Part shown: piece by piece, positions 1 through 13,500 of the stretch
Position numbering within the stretch: the first letter of the stretch is position 1
How the letters are laid out: every line of letters begins with the position of its first letter
Assembly: GCA_002269645.1 (NCBI GenBank)
Contig: NIVC01000962.1
Location: forward strand, 306,756 to 370,755
Origin: Macrostomum lignano
Taxonomy: Eukaryota
Length of the DNA: 64,000 bases
Direction of reading: 5' to 3'
Program-made: the position numbers and the translations under genes
The notes under the pieces: model-generated
The model's input: the letters and a program-made list of their open reading frames with translations, nothing else
Database searches by the model: none
Told to the model about the DNA's origin: nothing

Positions 1-800
1 CCCCAATGCACCCACCACCTCAATCCCTGCCCCAATACACCCACCACCTCAATCCCTGCCCCAATACATCCACCACCTCACTCCCTGCCCCAATACACCC
101 ACAACCTCAATCCCTGCCCCAATACACCCACCACCTCAATCCCTGCCCCAATACACCCACCAACTCACTCCCTGCCCCAATACACCCACCACCTCAATCC
201 CTGCCCCAATACATCCACCACCTCAATCCCTGCCCCAATACACCCACCACCTCAATCCCTGCCCCAATACATCCACCACCTCAATCCCTGCCCCAATACA
301 CCACCACCTCACTCCCTGCCTCAATACACCCACCACCTCAATCCCTGCCCCAATGCACCCACCACCTCAATCCCTGCCCCATTACACCCACCAACTCACT
401 CCCTGCCCAACTACACCCACCACCTCAATCCCTGCCCCAATACATCCACCACCTCAATCCCTGCCCCAATCCACCCACCACCTCAATCCCTGCCCAACTA
501 CACCCACCACCTCAATCCCTGCCCCAATACACCCACCAACTCACTCCCTGCCCAACTACACCCACCACCTCAATCCCTGCCCCAATACATCCACCACCTC
601 ACTCCCTGCCCCAATACACCCACCACCTCAATCCCTGCCCCATTACACCCACCACCTCAATCCCTGCCCCATTACACCCACCAACTCACTCCCTGCCCAA
701 CTACAACCACCACCTCAATCCCTGCCCCAATACATCCACCACCTCACTCCCTGCCCCAATACACCCACCACCTCACTCCCTGCCCCATTACACCCACAAC
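1..800. repeat. 29-bp C-rich minisatellite in COX intron 2
   Basis: Unit CCACCACCTCAATCCCTGCCCCAATACAC. Confidence 0.95.
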
Positions 801-887
801 CTCTCACCCTTCATTGCCCCAACTGTGCCCAACTCGCTCCTACGCAAACCAATAATCAATTTAAGCATTATTGCCCAGCTCGCTCAC

Positions 888-3215
888 ATTATGGTCGCCC
901 CACGTATAGCCGGGATGCTGCCGAGGGTCGGACTTGAAAAACATGTGCGAAAAGTGCTGGGCAAACGAGCCGAACAGCATGTTGGTGCCGATCGCGCTTG
1001 GCTTGAACGGCTGGCCAGGCTGGCGTTTGAACAGAATGGCGACCACTTCGCCCACTGTCGGCAGCTGCTTCGGGCCTGAGGGCCGTCAGTTTTGGGAGCG
1101 ATGCTTGTTCAGGGATGCAGAAAAAGGTCAAAGGAGTCAAAGACTGTGTGGATGGGTAAACTGGGACCAAAGGTGGTCAATGACTCGCCCATCCAATTCC
1201 AAACCAAACTTACTCTAAAGAGGTACGGATACTACTTTCAGATGCAGACATGCAGAACTGTATTCAGATAGCAGGAAATACAAAACAAAAAGTTTTGTTG
1301 TTAAAAATAGCAGACCACAGTATTAATTTGCTTATCACTAATTATTCAATGTTTTCAAATATTGTAAACAGATCTTACGGGCTAGACAGAAGAAGATGAT
1401 GGAGACTACAATTAATTCAGAATACTGAGAGACAATGTGGGATGGGCAGGAATGAACGGCGAGAGCCTGGGGTAGGGCGAGAGAAGGAATGGCAGCGGAG
1501 CTCGAATCCACGCTGTCTGGCGGGCAGCGCACACAGCAACAAACCGAAGCTTGGCCGAAGCTTCAGTGTGCAGAGAGAGAGTTAATGCAGTGACCTCAGC
1601 TCCATCTCATGCACGCTATAAAGAGATTTTATGGGCCACCGCAAACACGCAAAGCATGCACATGGGAAATGGCAATAACAGCAGACACACCTGGAGAGGG
1701 AAGTGGCAATAACAACAGACACACCTGGAGAGGGAAATGGCAGTTCGACAGACACATCTGGAGAGGGAAATGAGAATAGCATGCTGAGACACATGCTGAG
1801 AGAAAAGCAATAACAACAGACACACCTGGAGAGGGAAATGGCAATAACAACAGACACACCTGGAGAGGGGAATGGCAATAACAACAGACACACCTGGAGA
1901 GGGAAATGGCAATAACAACAGACACACCTGGAGAGGGAAATGGCAGTTCGACAGACACATCTGGAGAGGGAAATGACAATAGCATGCTGAGACACATGCT
2001 GAGAGAAAAGCAATAACAACAGACACACCTGGAGAGGGAAATGGCAATAACAACAGACACACCTGGAGAGGGGAATGGCAATAACAACAGACACACCTGG
2101 AGAGGGAAATGGCAATAACAGCAGACACACCTGGAGAGGGAAATGGCAATAACAACAGACACACCTGGAGAGGGGAATGGCAATAACAACAGACACACCT
2201 GGAGAGGGGAATGGCAATAACAGCAGACACACCTGGAGAGGGGAATGGCAATAACAGCAGACACACCTGGAGAGGGGAATGGCAATAACAGCAGACACAC
2301 CTGGAGAGGGGAATGGCAATAACAACAGACACACCTGGAGAGGGGAATGGCAATAACAGCAGACACACCTGGAGAGGGGAATGGCAATAACAGCAGACAC
2401 ACCTGGAGAGGGGAATGGCAATAACAGCAGACACACCTGGAGAGGGAAATGGCAATAACAACAGACACACCTGGAGAGGGAAATGGCAATAACAACAGAC
2501 ACACCTGGAGAGGGGAATGGCAATAACAACAGACACACCTGGAGAGGGAAATGGCAATAACAACAGACACACCTGGAGAGGGGAATGGCAATAACAACAG
2601 ACACACCTGGAGAGGGAAATGGCAATAACAACAGACACACCTGGAGAGAGAAAACTGCAACGAACTCGTGGAATCCAGCAGCTGTCACTCACCAACGACG
2701 CCCATGGGTGTCGGGCAGTTCAAGGGCACGGGCGGCAGAGTCTGGCTGTAGTAGGACATGTTGCTGAAACCTTCGACTGTCGTGTACCCGACGCCCGCCC
2801 GGAAGGACGGCGGCACGGAGACCACCCCGAGACGGACCTTCAGCACCAGGCGCATAAACAGTCGGCGGAGAAAAGTCAAACGGTTCACAACTGACCAGAG
2901 CGGCCGGAAATTGGTCACCAGGTAGTGAGTAGTCTCGGTGTCCGGGCGGAGCAGCCTGGCTAACCAGGTGGACCAGTTGGACCGCTGGCAGATCCGGCCG
3001 TAGTAGCCCGTATTGGTGCAGTCGCACTCGAAGCCGCCTGCGGTGCCCTTTTCCATGCAAATGCCGCCATTTTTGCAGGGCGACGAGCAGCAGGGGTTGA
3101 ACTGCGATTCCCCGGCTGGACTCCGGCCCCGCTGATGAGGCTGCTGAGACTGCGGCTGCTGGTAGCCGCTGGACCTCAAGAATAGGACTAAGAGAGTCAG
3201 ACAGCTGACTGCCAT
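888..3215 (-). CDS. PTGS: Prostaglandin G/H synthase (cyclooxygenase), 5' part. Exons 2693-3215 and 888-1075; the gene continues beyond the window start
   Basis: Signal peptide MAVSCLTLLVLFL; EGF domain NPCCSSPCKNGG...CDCTNTGYYG; membrane-binding helices with an Arg120-equivalent (LKVR); FSNMSYYSQTLPPVPLNCPTPMGV. Exon 2 reads GPKQLP...NMLFGSFAQHFSHMFFKSD, matching COX QHFTHQFFKT. Junctions G|GTGAGT (2692), CTCAG|GC (1076) and AAT|GTGAGC (887) keep the frame. Confidence 0.93.
1660..2650. repeat. 34-bp minisatellite in COX intron 1
   Basis: Unit GCAATAACAACAGACACACCTGGAGAGGGAAATG, about 25 copies plus variants. Confidence 0.95.
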
Positions 3216-3373
3216 GGCCCACTTGGCGGCTGACGCGGCTGTGGGTGTTGGAGACGGTGGCACTGATGTACATGTAAAGCTAGGCTTGGATTAGAAGTTT
3301 CTTTTTAATGTGTTGCCAGATCGCATGAAGGAATCGACACAAGTTCTTGTCCGCTACGAGCAGGCTCACGCTA

Positions 3374-3439
3374 GGGGGTTGTCGCCTAGCGGTTGGAGCG
3401 TCGGACTCACGACTTTGAATGTCGGGGGTTCGATTCCCG

Positions 3440-3440
<1 letters not shown>
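3374..3440 (+). mobile_element. tRNA-derived SINE head, 3'-truncated at a (TATC)n tract
   Basis: A box TCGCCTAGCGGTTGG and B box GGTTCGATTCC at tRNA-like spacing; no 3' acceptor stem; same family as 18301-18589. Confidence 0.7.
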
Positions 3441-3920
<480 letters not shown>

Positions 3921-3925
<5 letters not shown>

Positions 3926-6100
3926 TATAGCCAGGACCTGCACCGGAGCGGTTACGAAAATTAGATTTCTCGGTAGTTGCACGTACTCTTTTGCACTACT
4001 TGAGTAGTCTGATTTTCGTTCGGCATGGCTGGTTCCAGCAGGTAGTTCCTCTGGATAAAAGCGCTTACCGCGCCCATTGGCTTTCCAGCTGCCTTAATCG
4101 TTTCCGGTGATCTTGTGTGCGTGCTTTCAGCTTGATTGGCTGCGGCAAGCAAGCTCGAAAGAGCTCGCTTCGCTCGCTCTTTCTCGCTATCTACTATCTA
4201 TAGCCAGGACCTGCACCGGAGCGGTTACGAAAATTAGATTTCTCGGTAGTTGCACGTACTCTTTTGCACTACTTGAGTAGTCTGATTTTCGTTCGGCATG
4301 GCTGGTTCCAGCAGGTAGTTCCTCTGGATAAAAGCGCTTACCGCGCCCATTGGCTTTCCAGCTGCCTTAATCGTTTCCGGTGATCTTGTGTGCGTGCTTT
4401 CAGCTTGATTGGCTGCGGCAAGCAAGCTCGAAAGAGCTCGCTTCGCTCGCTCTTTCTCGCTATCTACTATCTATAGCCAGGACCTGCACCGGAGCGGTTA
4501 CGAAAATTAGATTTCTCGGTAGTTGCACGTACTCTTTTGCACTACTTGAGTAGTCTGATTTTCGTTCGGCATGGCTGGTTCCAGCAGGTAGTTCCTCTGG
4601 ATAAAAGCGCTTACCGCGCCCATTGGCTTTCCAGCTGCCTTAATCGTTTCCGGTGATCTTGTGTGCGTGCTTTCAGCTTGATTGGCTGCGGCAAGCAAGC
4701 TCGAAAGAGCTCGCTTCGCTCGCTCTTTCTCGCTATCTACTATCTATAGCCAGGACCTGCACCGGAGCGGTTACGAAAATTAGATTTCTCGGTAGTTGCA
4801 CGTACTCTTTTGCACTACTTGAGTAGTCTGATTTTCGTTCGGCATGGCTGGTTCCAGCAGGTAGTTCCTCTGGATAAAAGCGCTTACCGCGCCCATTGGC
4901 TTTCCAGCTGCCTTAATCGTTTCCGGTGATCTTGTGTGCGTGCTTTCAGCTTGATTGGCTGCGGCAAGCAAGCTCGAAAGAGCTCGCTTCGCTCGCTCTT
5001 TCTCGCTATCTACTATCTATAGCCAGGACCTGCACCGGAGCGGTTACGAAAATTAGATTTCTCGGTAGTTGCACGTACTCTTTTGCACTACTTGAGTAGT
5101 CTGATTTTCGTTCGGCATGGCTGGTTCCAGCAGGTAGTTCCTCTGGATAAAAGCGCTTACCGCGCCCATTGGCTTTCCAGCTGCCTTAATCGTTTCCGGT
5201 GATCTTGTGTGCGTGCTTTCAGCTTGATTGGCTGCGGCAAGCAAGCTCGAAAGAGCTCGCTTCGCTCGCTCTTTCTCGCTATCTACTATCTATAGCCAGG
5301 ACCTGCACCGGAGCGGTTACGAAAATTAGATTTCTCGGTAGTTGCACGTACTCTTTTGCACTACTTGAGTAGTCTGATTTTCGTTCGGCATGGCTGGTTC
5401 CAGCAGGTAGTTCCTCTGGATAAAAGCGCTTACCGCGCCCATTGGCTTTCCAGCTGCCTTAATCGTTTCCGGTGATCTTGTGTGCGTGCTTTCAGCTTGA
5501 TTGGCTGCGGCAAGCAAGCTCGAAAGAGCTCGCTTCGCTCGCTCTTTCTCGCTATCTACTATCTATAGCCAGGACCTGCACCGGAGCGGTTACGAAAATT
5601 AGATTTCTCGGTAGTTGCACGTACTCTTTTGCACTACTTGAGTAGTCTGATTTTCGTTCGGCATGGCTGGTTCCAGCAGGTAGTTCCTCTGGATAAAAGC
5701 GCTTACCGCGCCCATTGGCTTTCCAGCTGCCTTAATCGTTTCCGGTGATCTTGTGTGCGTGCTTTCAGCTTGATTGGCTGCGGCAAGCAAGCTCGAAAGA
5801 GCTCGCTTCGCTCGCTCTTTCTCGCTATCTACTATCTATAGCCAGGACCTGCACCGGAGCGGTTACGAAAATTAGATTTCTCGGTAGTTGCACGTACTCT
5901 TTTGCACTACTTGAGTAGTCTGATTTTCGTTCGGCATGGCTGGTTCCAGCAGGTAGTTCCTCTGGATAAAAGCGCTTACCGCGCCCATTGGCTTTCCAGC
6001 TGCCTTAATCGTTTCCGGTGATCTTGTGTGCGTGCTTTCAGCTTGATTGGCTGCGGCAAGCAAGCTCGAAAGAGCTCGCTTCGCTCGCTCTTTCTCGCTA

Positions 6101-6110
<10 letters not shown>
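3921..6110. repeat. Tandem array of 8 apparently identical 273-bp units, possibly a non-autonomous Helitron/Helentron-like element
   Basis: An identical 63-aa ORF recurs every 273 bp. Each unit ends in the hairpin AAAGAGCTCGCTTCGCTCGCTCTTT. The array is bracketed by compound (TATC)n tracts. Confidence 0.9.
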
Positions 6111-6400
<290 letters not shown>

Positions 6401-7429
6401 CTTTCTAGCTAAGAATAAAATGCAGTTGTTTCTCTTTCTAACTTTCCGGTGTTACATTACGTTAATCAAAATCGTTAGCGCGGAACGATTTCTATGGAGT
6501 TACGAATTAGTTTTTAAACGGTACAGTTGAAAGCACAGATCGCTACTTACTTTTCATGAGCACGGTATTAATATGTATAAAGCAGGTTGCTGAGTGGCGG
6601 GTAAAGTGTGTGCTTAAGCCTTAAACTATAAAGTTGTCGGAAGAATGGCGGACCGCAAGCCGGTTTCTAAATTTAGAACTCGAAACGTCTCTCTTTCCGA
6701 GGCGAAATCTGTATTGCGTTTATGTGACGTAGTTTATAGCTCAGGTGAGCAGTTGCGGTGAGCCGGCTCTCATGTCACAATTTATTAACTCTGCTGCCGC
6801 CCACCCTCCGAGCCCTGATTGGCCGCCACCGCGTGGGTCCAGCCATGACGACGCGCTGGTTGGCGCGAATTCAAACTGGCAAATAGTATTTGGGGCAGAG
6901 CCGAGCAGACTCAAATAGAGAATTTAGACCGGCATCGGGCATGAATGGTGAGAGCCGCAGCGGCTGGGTAGATGGGGCGACTGTGCAGCAGTGCCCTTAG
7001 TTGACCCTTTGCGTAGCCAAAGCAGAGCCCGCGTGTTGCTAAAATAATCTTACAATGATCTCACTGAGCGCAGGAATTTCTGGCAGCCCCCCCCCCCAGT
7101 AGTGAAGGCATAAGTGCCTGCCGCGCCGCCGTGTGAATGGAATTAAATTTAGCCAACGAACGAACCAGCGGGCCTGCCAGGGAGCAGGGCTGGGGCCGCC
7201 AGCTGCACAGAGCGTAGGCGGGGGCGCTGTTGTCCATTCGTCATAGGGTGGCGAGAGTTGCATCACGTGATGCAACTGATACTGCGAGCTACAGGGGTCT
7301 TTATTTCAGTTTGGGAAGTAGGCAACTGCAGGTCATTCAGTAGGTCGATGAGTGTAAACAGAAACATTGATATCTGTAGATTAGAGAACCAGCTTGGGTA
7401 GATAAATGGCGATGGATACCTGGACAGAA

Positions 7430-7481
7430 ACTAATAGATGATAGATGATGGATAGATAGATAGACAGATAGATAGATAGAC

Positions 7482-7532
<51 letters not shown>

Positions 7533-7681
7533 CAGATAGATAGATAGATAGAAAGACAGATAGATAGATACATAGATAGATAGAGAGATAGATAGATAGA
7601 TAGATAAATAGACAGATAGATAGATAGATAGAAAGATAGATAGATAGATAAAAAGATAGATAGATAGACAGATAGATAGAC

Positions 7682-7716
<35 letters not shown>

Positions 7717-7769
7717 AAGACAGATAGATAGATACATAGATAGATAGAGAGATAGATAGATAAATAGAC

Positions 7770-7803
<34 letters not shown>

Positions 7804-8068
7804 AAAGATATATAGATAGATAGACAGATAGACAGATAGACAGATAGATAGATAGATAGACAGATAGATAGATAGATAGATAGACAGATAGACAGATAGA
7901 TATATAGACAAATAGACAGATAGATAGATAGATAGATAGATAGACAGATAGACAGATAGATATATAGACAGATAGATAGATATATAGATAGACAGATAGA
8001 CAGATAGATAGATATATAGATAGATAGACAGATAGATATATAGACAAATAGACAGATAGATAGATAAG
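7430..8068. repeat. (GATA/GACA)n microsatellite
   Basis: Directly visible. Confidence 0.97.
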
Positions 8069-8519
8069 CAACACTTACAGCCAGATGCAGCACAGCCTGT
8101 GCCCCACCCACTCAAGCTCAGTCTAAAGAGTTAAACTGGATTCAGCCAGGCAGCAACAGACATAAATTAGGGGCAGGAGAAAGCAGACGCCACCCCAGAG
8201 TCAAAATTGGAATGCAGTCAGACGAGTGGGCAGGGGGGCTAATTAATAAAAGCCGCCAGTGAAATGGAGACTGTAAATAAACCAGTCAGACTGACTTTTT
8301 TAAACACTGTCGCTCCAGCAGCACAATGGAATGCTCAAGCCAGGAAGGCGCATGAACTGACAAATGAGACTTGAGGGGGCGGGGGAGGGGGCGATGACTG
8401 GCATTCCTGCTCCGCGCTCTTTGATCTCAAACGAAATACCGCATTGTTTATCTTCATTTGCTGTTATAACCATTTTACTTCTGGGTTATATTTTACGAAT
8501 AATTCAGACCTAGCCTTAC

Positions 8520-10100
8520 GGGGGAATGCAGACTCAGAGGAGAATGAAGACTCAAAGAGGAATGCAGACTCAAAAGGGGAATGCAGACTCACAGGGGAAT
8601 GCAAGCTCACAGGGGAATGCAGACTAGCAGGTGGGAATGCAGACTCAAGAGGGGAATGCAGACTCAAGAGGGGAATGCAGACTCAAGAGGGGAATGCAGA
8701 CTTAAGAGGGGAATGCAGACTCACAGGGGAATGTAGACTCACAGGGGAATGCAGACTCAAGAGGGGAATGCAGACTCAAGAGGGGAATGCAGAATTAAGA
8801 GGGGAATGCAGACTCACAGGGGAATGCAGACTCACAGGGGAATGCAGACTCAGGAGGGGAATGCAGACTCAAGAGGGGAATGCAGACTTAAGAGGGGAAT
8901 GCAGACTCACAGGGGAATGCAGACTCAAGAGGGGGATGCAGACTTAAGAGAGGAATGCAGAATTAAGAGGGGAATGCAGACTCACAGGGGAATGCAGACT
9001 CACAGGGGAATGCAGACTCAGGAGGGGAATGCAGACTCAAGAGGGGAATGCAGACTTAAGAGGGGAATGCAGACTCACAGGGGAATGCAGACTCAAGAGG
9101 GGGATGCAGACTTAAGAGAGGAATGCAGACTCAAGAGGGGAATGCAGACTAGCAGAGGGAATGCAGACTCAAGAGAGGAATGCAGACTCACAGGGGAATG
9201 CAGGCTCAAGAGGGGAATGCAGACTAGCAGGGGGAATGCAGACTTAAGAGGGGAATGCAGACTCACAGGGGAATGCAGACTCAAGAGGGGAATGCAGACT
9301 CAAGAGGGGAATGCAGACTTAAGAGGGGAATTCAGACTCACAGGGGAATGTAGACTCACAGGGGAATGCAGACTCAAGAGGGGAATGCAGACTCAAGAGG
9401 GGAATGCAGACTCAAGAGGGGAATGCAGACTTAAGAGGGGAATGCAGACTCACAGGGGAATGTAGACTCACAGGGGAATGCAGACTCAAGAGGGGAATGC
9501 AGACTAGCAGAGGGAATGCAGACTCAAGAGAGGAATGCAGACTCACAGGGGAATGCAGGCTCAAGAGGGGAATGCAGACTAGCAGGGGGAATGCAGACTT
9601 AAGAGGGGAATGCAGACTCACAGGGGAATGCAGTCTCAAGAGGGGAATGCAGACTCAAGAGGGGAATGCAGACTTAAGAGGGGAATGCAGACTAGCAGGG
9701 GGAATGCAGACTTAAGAGGGGAATGCAGACTCACAGGGGAATGCAGGCTCAAGAGGGGAATGCAGACTCAAGAGGGGAATGCAGACTTAAGAGGGGAATT
9801 CAGACTCACAGGGGAATGCAGACTCACAGGGGAATGCAGGCTCAAGAGGGGAATGCAGACTCAAGAGGGGAATGCAGACTTAAGAGGGGAATGCAGACTA
9901 GCAGGGGGAATGCAGACTTAAGAGGGGAATGCAGACTCACAGGGGAATGCAGTCTCAAGAGGGGAATGCAGACTCACAGGGGAATTCAGACTCACAGGGG
10001 AATGCAGACTCACAGGGGAATGCAGACTCACAGGGGAATGCAGACTCACAGGGGAATGCAGACTCACAGGGGAATGCAGACTCAGAGGAATGTAGACTCA
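8520..10100. repeat. 18/19-bp minisatellite
   Basis: Units GGGGAATGCAGACTCAAGA and GGGGAATGCAGACTCACA. Confidence 0.95.
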
Positions 10101-10577
10101 GAAATGCAGATATGTTCTCAAGCTGCTCATTTTGCGCCGCAGTCAGAACAGCGAAAAAAAACAGCCAAATTTGGCAGTCAACCCACTTGACATGCGCATG
10201 TTTGGGGGACACCCAACCCACTACTATGAGCGTATGCTGTTTTACATTTGCTCACATGGGTCTAAATTTAGCAACAGTAAAGTCTACTTTTTCATAATTA
10301 TCAGGCGACTCCAGACTGCACTGCCAATAAACTTGTGACTCATGACTCATGCCATCCACAGCAAAGATTAATAAAAATGATCGTAACTTATCTTTGCTTT
10401 GCTACTATGAGTAGACAAAGAGAAAAACAATCGGGTCATAATTTCTCTTCTTTAGATTTGGCGGTGAATAAAAATTCTAATAGATAAAACCGTTTTATTG
10501 AAGTCGATTCATACTACTATAGAGAGTCATCAGTAGTCTAATTAGTCTAAAATGCATTTTATCATTTGCGTCACAAA

Positions 10578-13500
10578 TCAAATCGAGCCGAACAGGAGGC
10601 CGGCCAGGGCGCGCAGAAACTCGGCCTTCTTGGCTGACTCGACTTCGTGCAGCCAGTCGGGCCGGTTGCACGAGTTCAGCTCCATGGCGCGGGCCGCGCG
10701 CACGAATTTGTCCCGTTTGGCTAGGGCGCCGCGGCGGGCGCTGGACACAGTGAGGATCTCCAACAGGCTGAGATCCCACAGGTAGGGCAGCGTGCAGTCC
10801 GACAGATCGGGACCGCCGGACGGGTCGGACAGAAGGCGGACAGCCGATGCCTGCGGTGGGGCGGACAGGTCATTGAGCTCCATAGAGACGCTATTGTAAC
10901 CAAGGTAACACTGTAACAGGCCTAGAAATGAATACAACAGCCCTAGCAACCAACCTAACAGCCCTAGCAACAAACCCAACAGCCCTAGAAACCAACCTAA
11001 CAGCCCTAGCAACAAACCCAACAGCCCTAGCAACAAACCCAACAGCCCTAGCAACCAACCCAACAGCCCTCGCAACAAACCCAACTGCCCTCGCAACAAA
11101 CCCAAAAGCCCTCGCAACTAACCCAACAGCCCTAGCAACAAACTCAACAGCCCTAGCAACTAACAACCCAACAGCCCTAGCAACAAACCCAACAGCCCTG
11201 CAACCAACCCAACAGCCCTAGCAACAAACCCAACAGCCCTAGCAACAAACCCAACAGCCCTGCAACCAACCCAACAGCCCTAGCAACAAACCCAACAGCC
11301 CTAGCAACAAACCCAACAGCCCTGCAACCAACCCAACAGCCCTAGCAACAAACCCAACAGCCCTAGCACTGTATCTACAGATCCCATAGCATACAGAAGC
11401 CCCAGTAACAAAGCAAGCAGCCATAGCAACTAGCCCATTTCCTTGGCAACATCCGGTCGGCAACTAACCTGGTCTGGCACAGACTGGGCCAATATACCGG
11501 CGCAGCTGCGCATTCCAAGCAGCTCGCAGCAGCGCGCCATCCTGCGCACAGCATCGTCGCTAAACAGTTGAATCGGCAGGGGCCGTTCGAACAGTTCGGT
11601 AGCGGCGATGGCGGCCTCCAAGTAGCAGCGCAGGGCCAGCGAAGGCTCGCGCTCTGCATAAGCCAGGTCGGCCCTGGTCAGCAGCCAGCTGGGGTTGGCG
11701 GGCTGAAGCCGAACTGCGGTGTCCAGCAGCTCGCCAAGAGCTCGCCGGGTCACGGCCCGATGAAGCGCGGTGGGCAGGCGGACTGGCAGCTGGTCCGGCC
11801 ACAGCTGCGGACAGGAGGTGTGCACTGGCGAGTTCAGGTCGGTGCAGGCCAGGCAGGTGAGCTTGGCCAGCAGCGACAGCAGCAGGTCGACGTGCTGCTC
11901 AGAGCGGAGGCTGCGCAACAGGCGGTGCAGGCAGCGACGAGCGAAGCCCAGCTCGGCCGGGCTGCCTGCCGAGGCGCCGCCGTTGCCCGCCGGGGCTCCA
12001 GCTGGTGTCCTGCGGGGTCGGCAATCAAGTTATTAGAGAATAAAATCAATTAATCGCTACGATGTCGCCGAAGGTGTTGCGCCAGGGTGCCCGCAGCCCT
12101 CCTGAGAATATTTATTTTATTGCTTTGCCTACAGACAGCTGGTCACGTGACAGCTCACAAGTCTAGAAGTTAGAGATGGCGACATCCACTGGCCCATAAG
12201 TTAGGAGGTCACGTGACCTCTGTCAAACCCATAAGTTCAGAGGTCATGTGACCTGTCAGACCCATAAGTTAGTAGGTCACGTGACCCCTGTCAGACCCAT
12301 AAGTTCAGAGGTCTCGTGACCTCTGTCAGACCCATAAGTTCAGAGGTCACGTGACCTCTGAAACGAGTTGTAAAGCAGTGGTCACGTGACTTACACCGAA
12401 ACTAGGTCATTAATCCAAGGAGGGGTCACTTGACGTACTGTGGTTTTTCCGCACTAGTCTGTTGGTGAGTTTTAAGCTACCGCTAACCGATTATAAAAAC
12501 CCGATCTCCTCACCTCTTGCCGCCGCCCAGTGTCACAAAGAATCGTCCAACTCGAGCCCAAAGGTCGGCGTGACTTGGCGACTTCTGAGCCAACAAGCCG
12601 GAGCCGGCACCGCTGGCGGCGGTCGCGGCTGAGTCCCGGTCAGCGGCAGCCAGCATGAGCAGCCTGGCAAAATCGATACAGTAGTTGGCAGCCGTGGCCT
12701 GCTGATGATGCCGCCCGCCTCCGCCACCGCCGCCAACGAACTGGGGCGGCAGGCGGCCAGCGGCGAGCAGCACGCAGCTGCCCAGCACCGCCAGATCCTC
12801 CGAGAAGCCGCCGGAGCTGCCGCCGCCACCTTCCTGCATCTGGCGGAGCGCGGATTCAACAGCCGGGGCCAGGTCGGCGGGACGGGGCAGGCCCGTTGCT
12901 AAGCAACTGGTCGCGTCTAAAAGCAGCAACGAGAGCTGATACTGCTGTTGCTGCTTCTGCTGCTGGGATTGGGAGGCCAGCAACCGTCTGGCCAGCTGGA
13001 ACTCCTCGGTTCGCTGCAGAACGGAAGCTTTCCCTGCCAGCACCGCGGCAGTTGCTGCTGTCGTCGTGTTGACCGGCGCCAGAAGCTGCTGCTGGCGCTG
13101 ATGATGAGGCTGATGCAGAAGAGGCTGCACCGCCTGCTGCTGCCGGGAGGTGGGCGGCAGCCAGGCCTGGCACAGCCCGGCCACGGACTGCGGGCTCCAG
13201 CTGTGCTGACGGCAAAGGCGCTCCACCAGGCTGGCCACCTCGGCAGGCTGGTAGGTGTACAGCAGGCGGAGGTCGTCAGCCGACTCTCCGGGAGTCGCCG
13301 CCTCCACCTCCTGGTGGAACGCCTTGGCCTCGTCGTCGGCAGCCGGCGGCCCGGCATCGTCGGCATCTTCAGCATCGTCGTCGGTGTCGAGTCCGCAGTC
13401 CAAGTCTGCGTCGTCGCACCCGGCACCAGCGTCGGGATGTTCGCCGAGGAGCCGCTGCCGCTCCTCCTGCAGCAGGTTGTCCTCGGGCCAGGGCCAGCCG

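Noticed and set aside
6-1079. Long Pro/His/Thr-rich ORFs (357 aa, 194 aa) and the long minus-strand ORFs at 1582-2695
   Set aside because: Translations of stop-free minisatellite units inside COX introns; they are open in several frames at once.
3374-3440. Possible tRNA gene
   Set aside because: A and B boxes are present but there is no 3' acceptor stem, and it matches the head of the SINE at 18301-18589.
6645-6744. Possible first exon on the plus strand (MADRKPVSKF...YSS|GTGAGC)
   Set aside because: Good ATG and donor context, but no recognisable homology and no downstream exon found; cannot be supported without RNA data.
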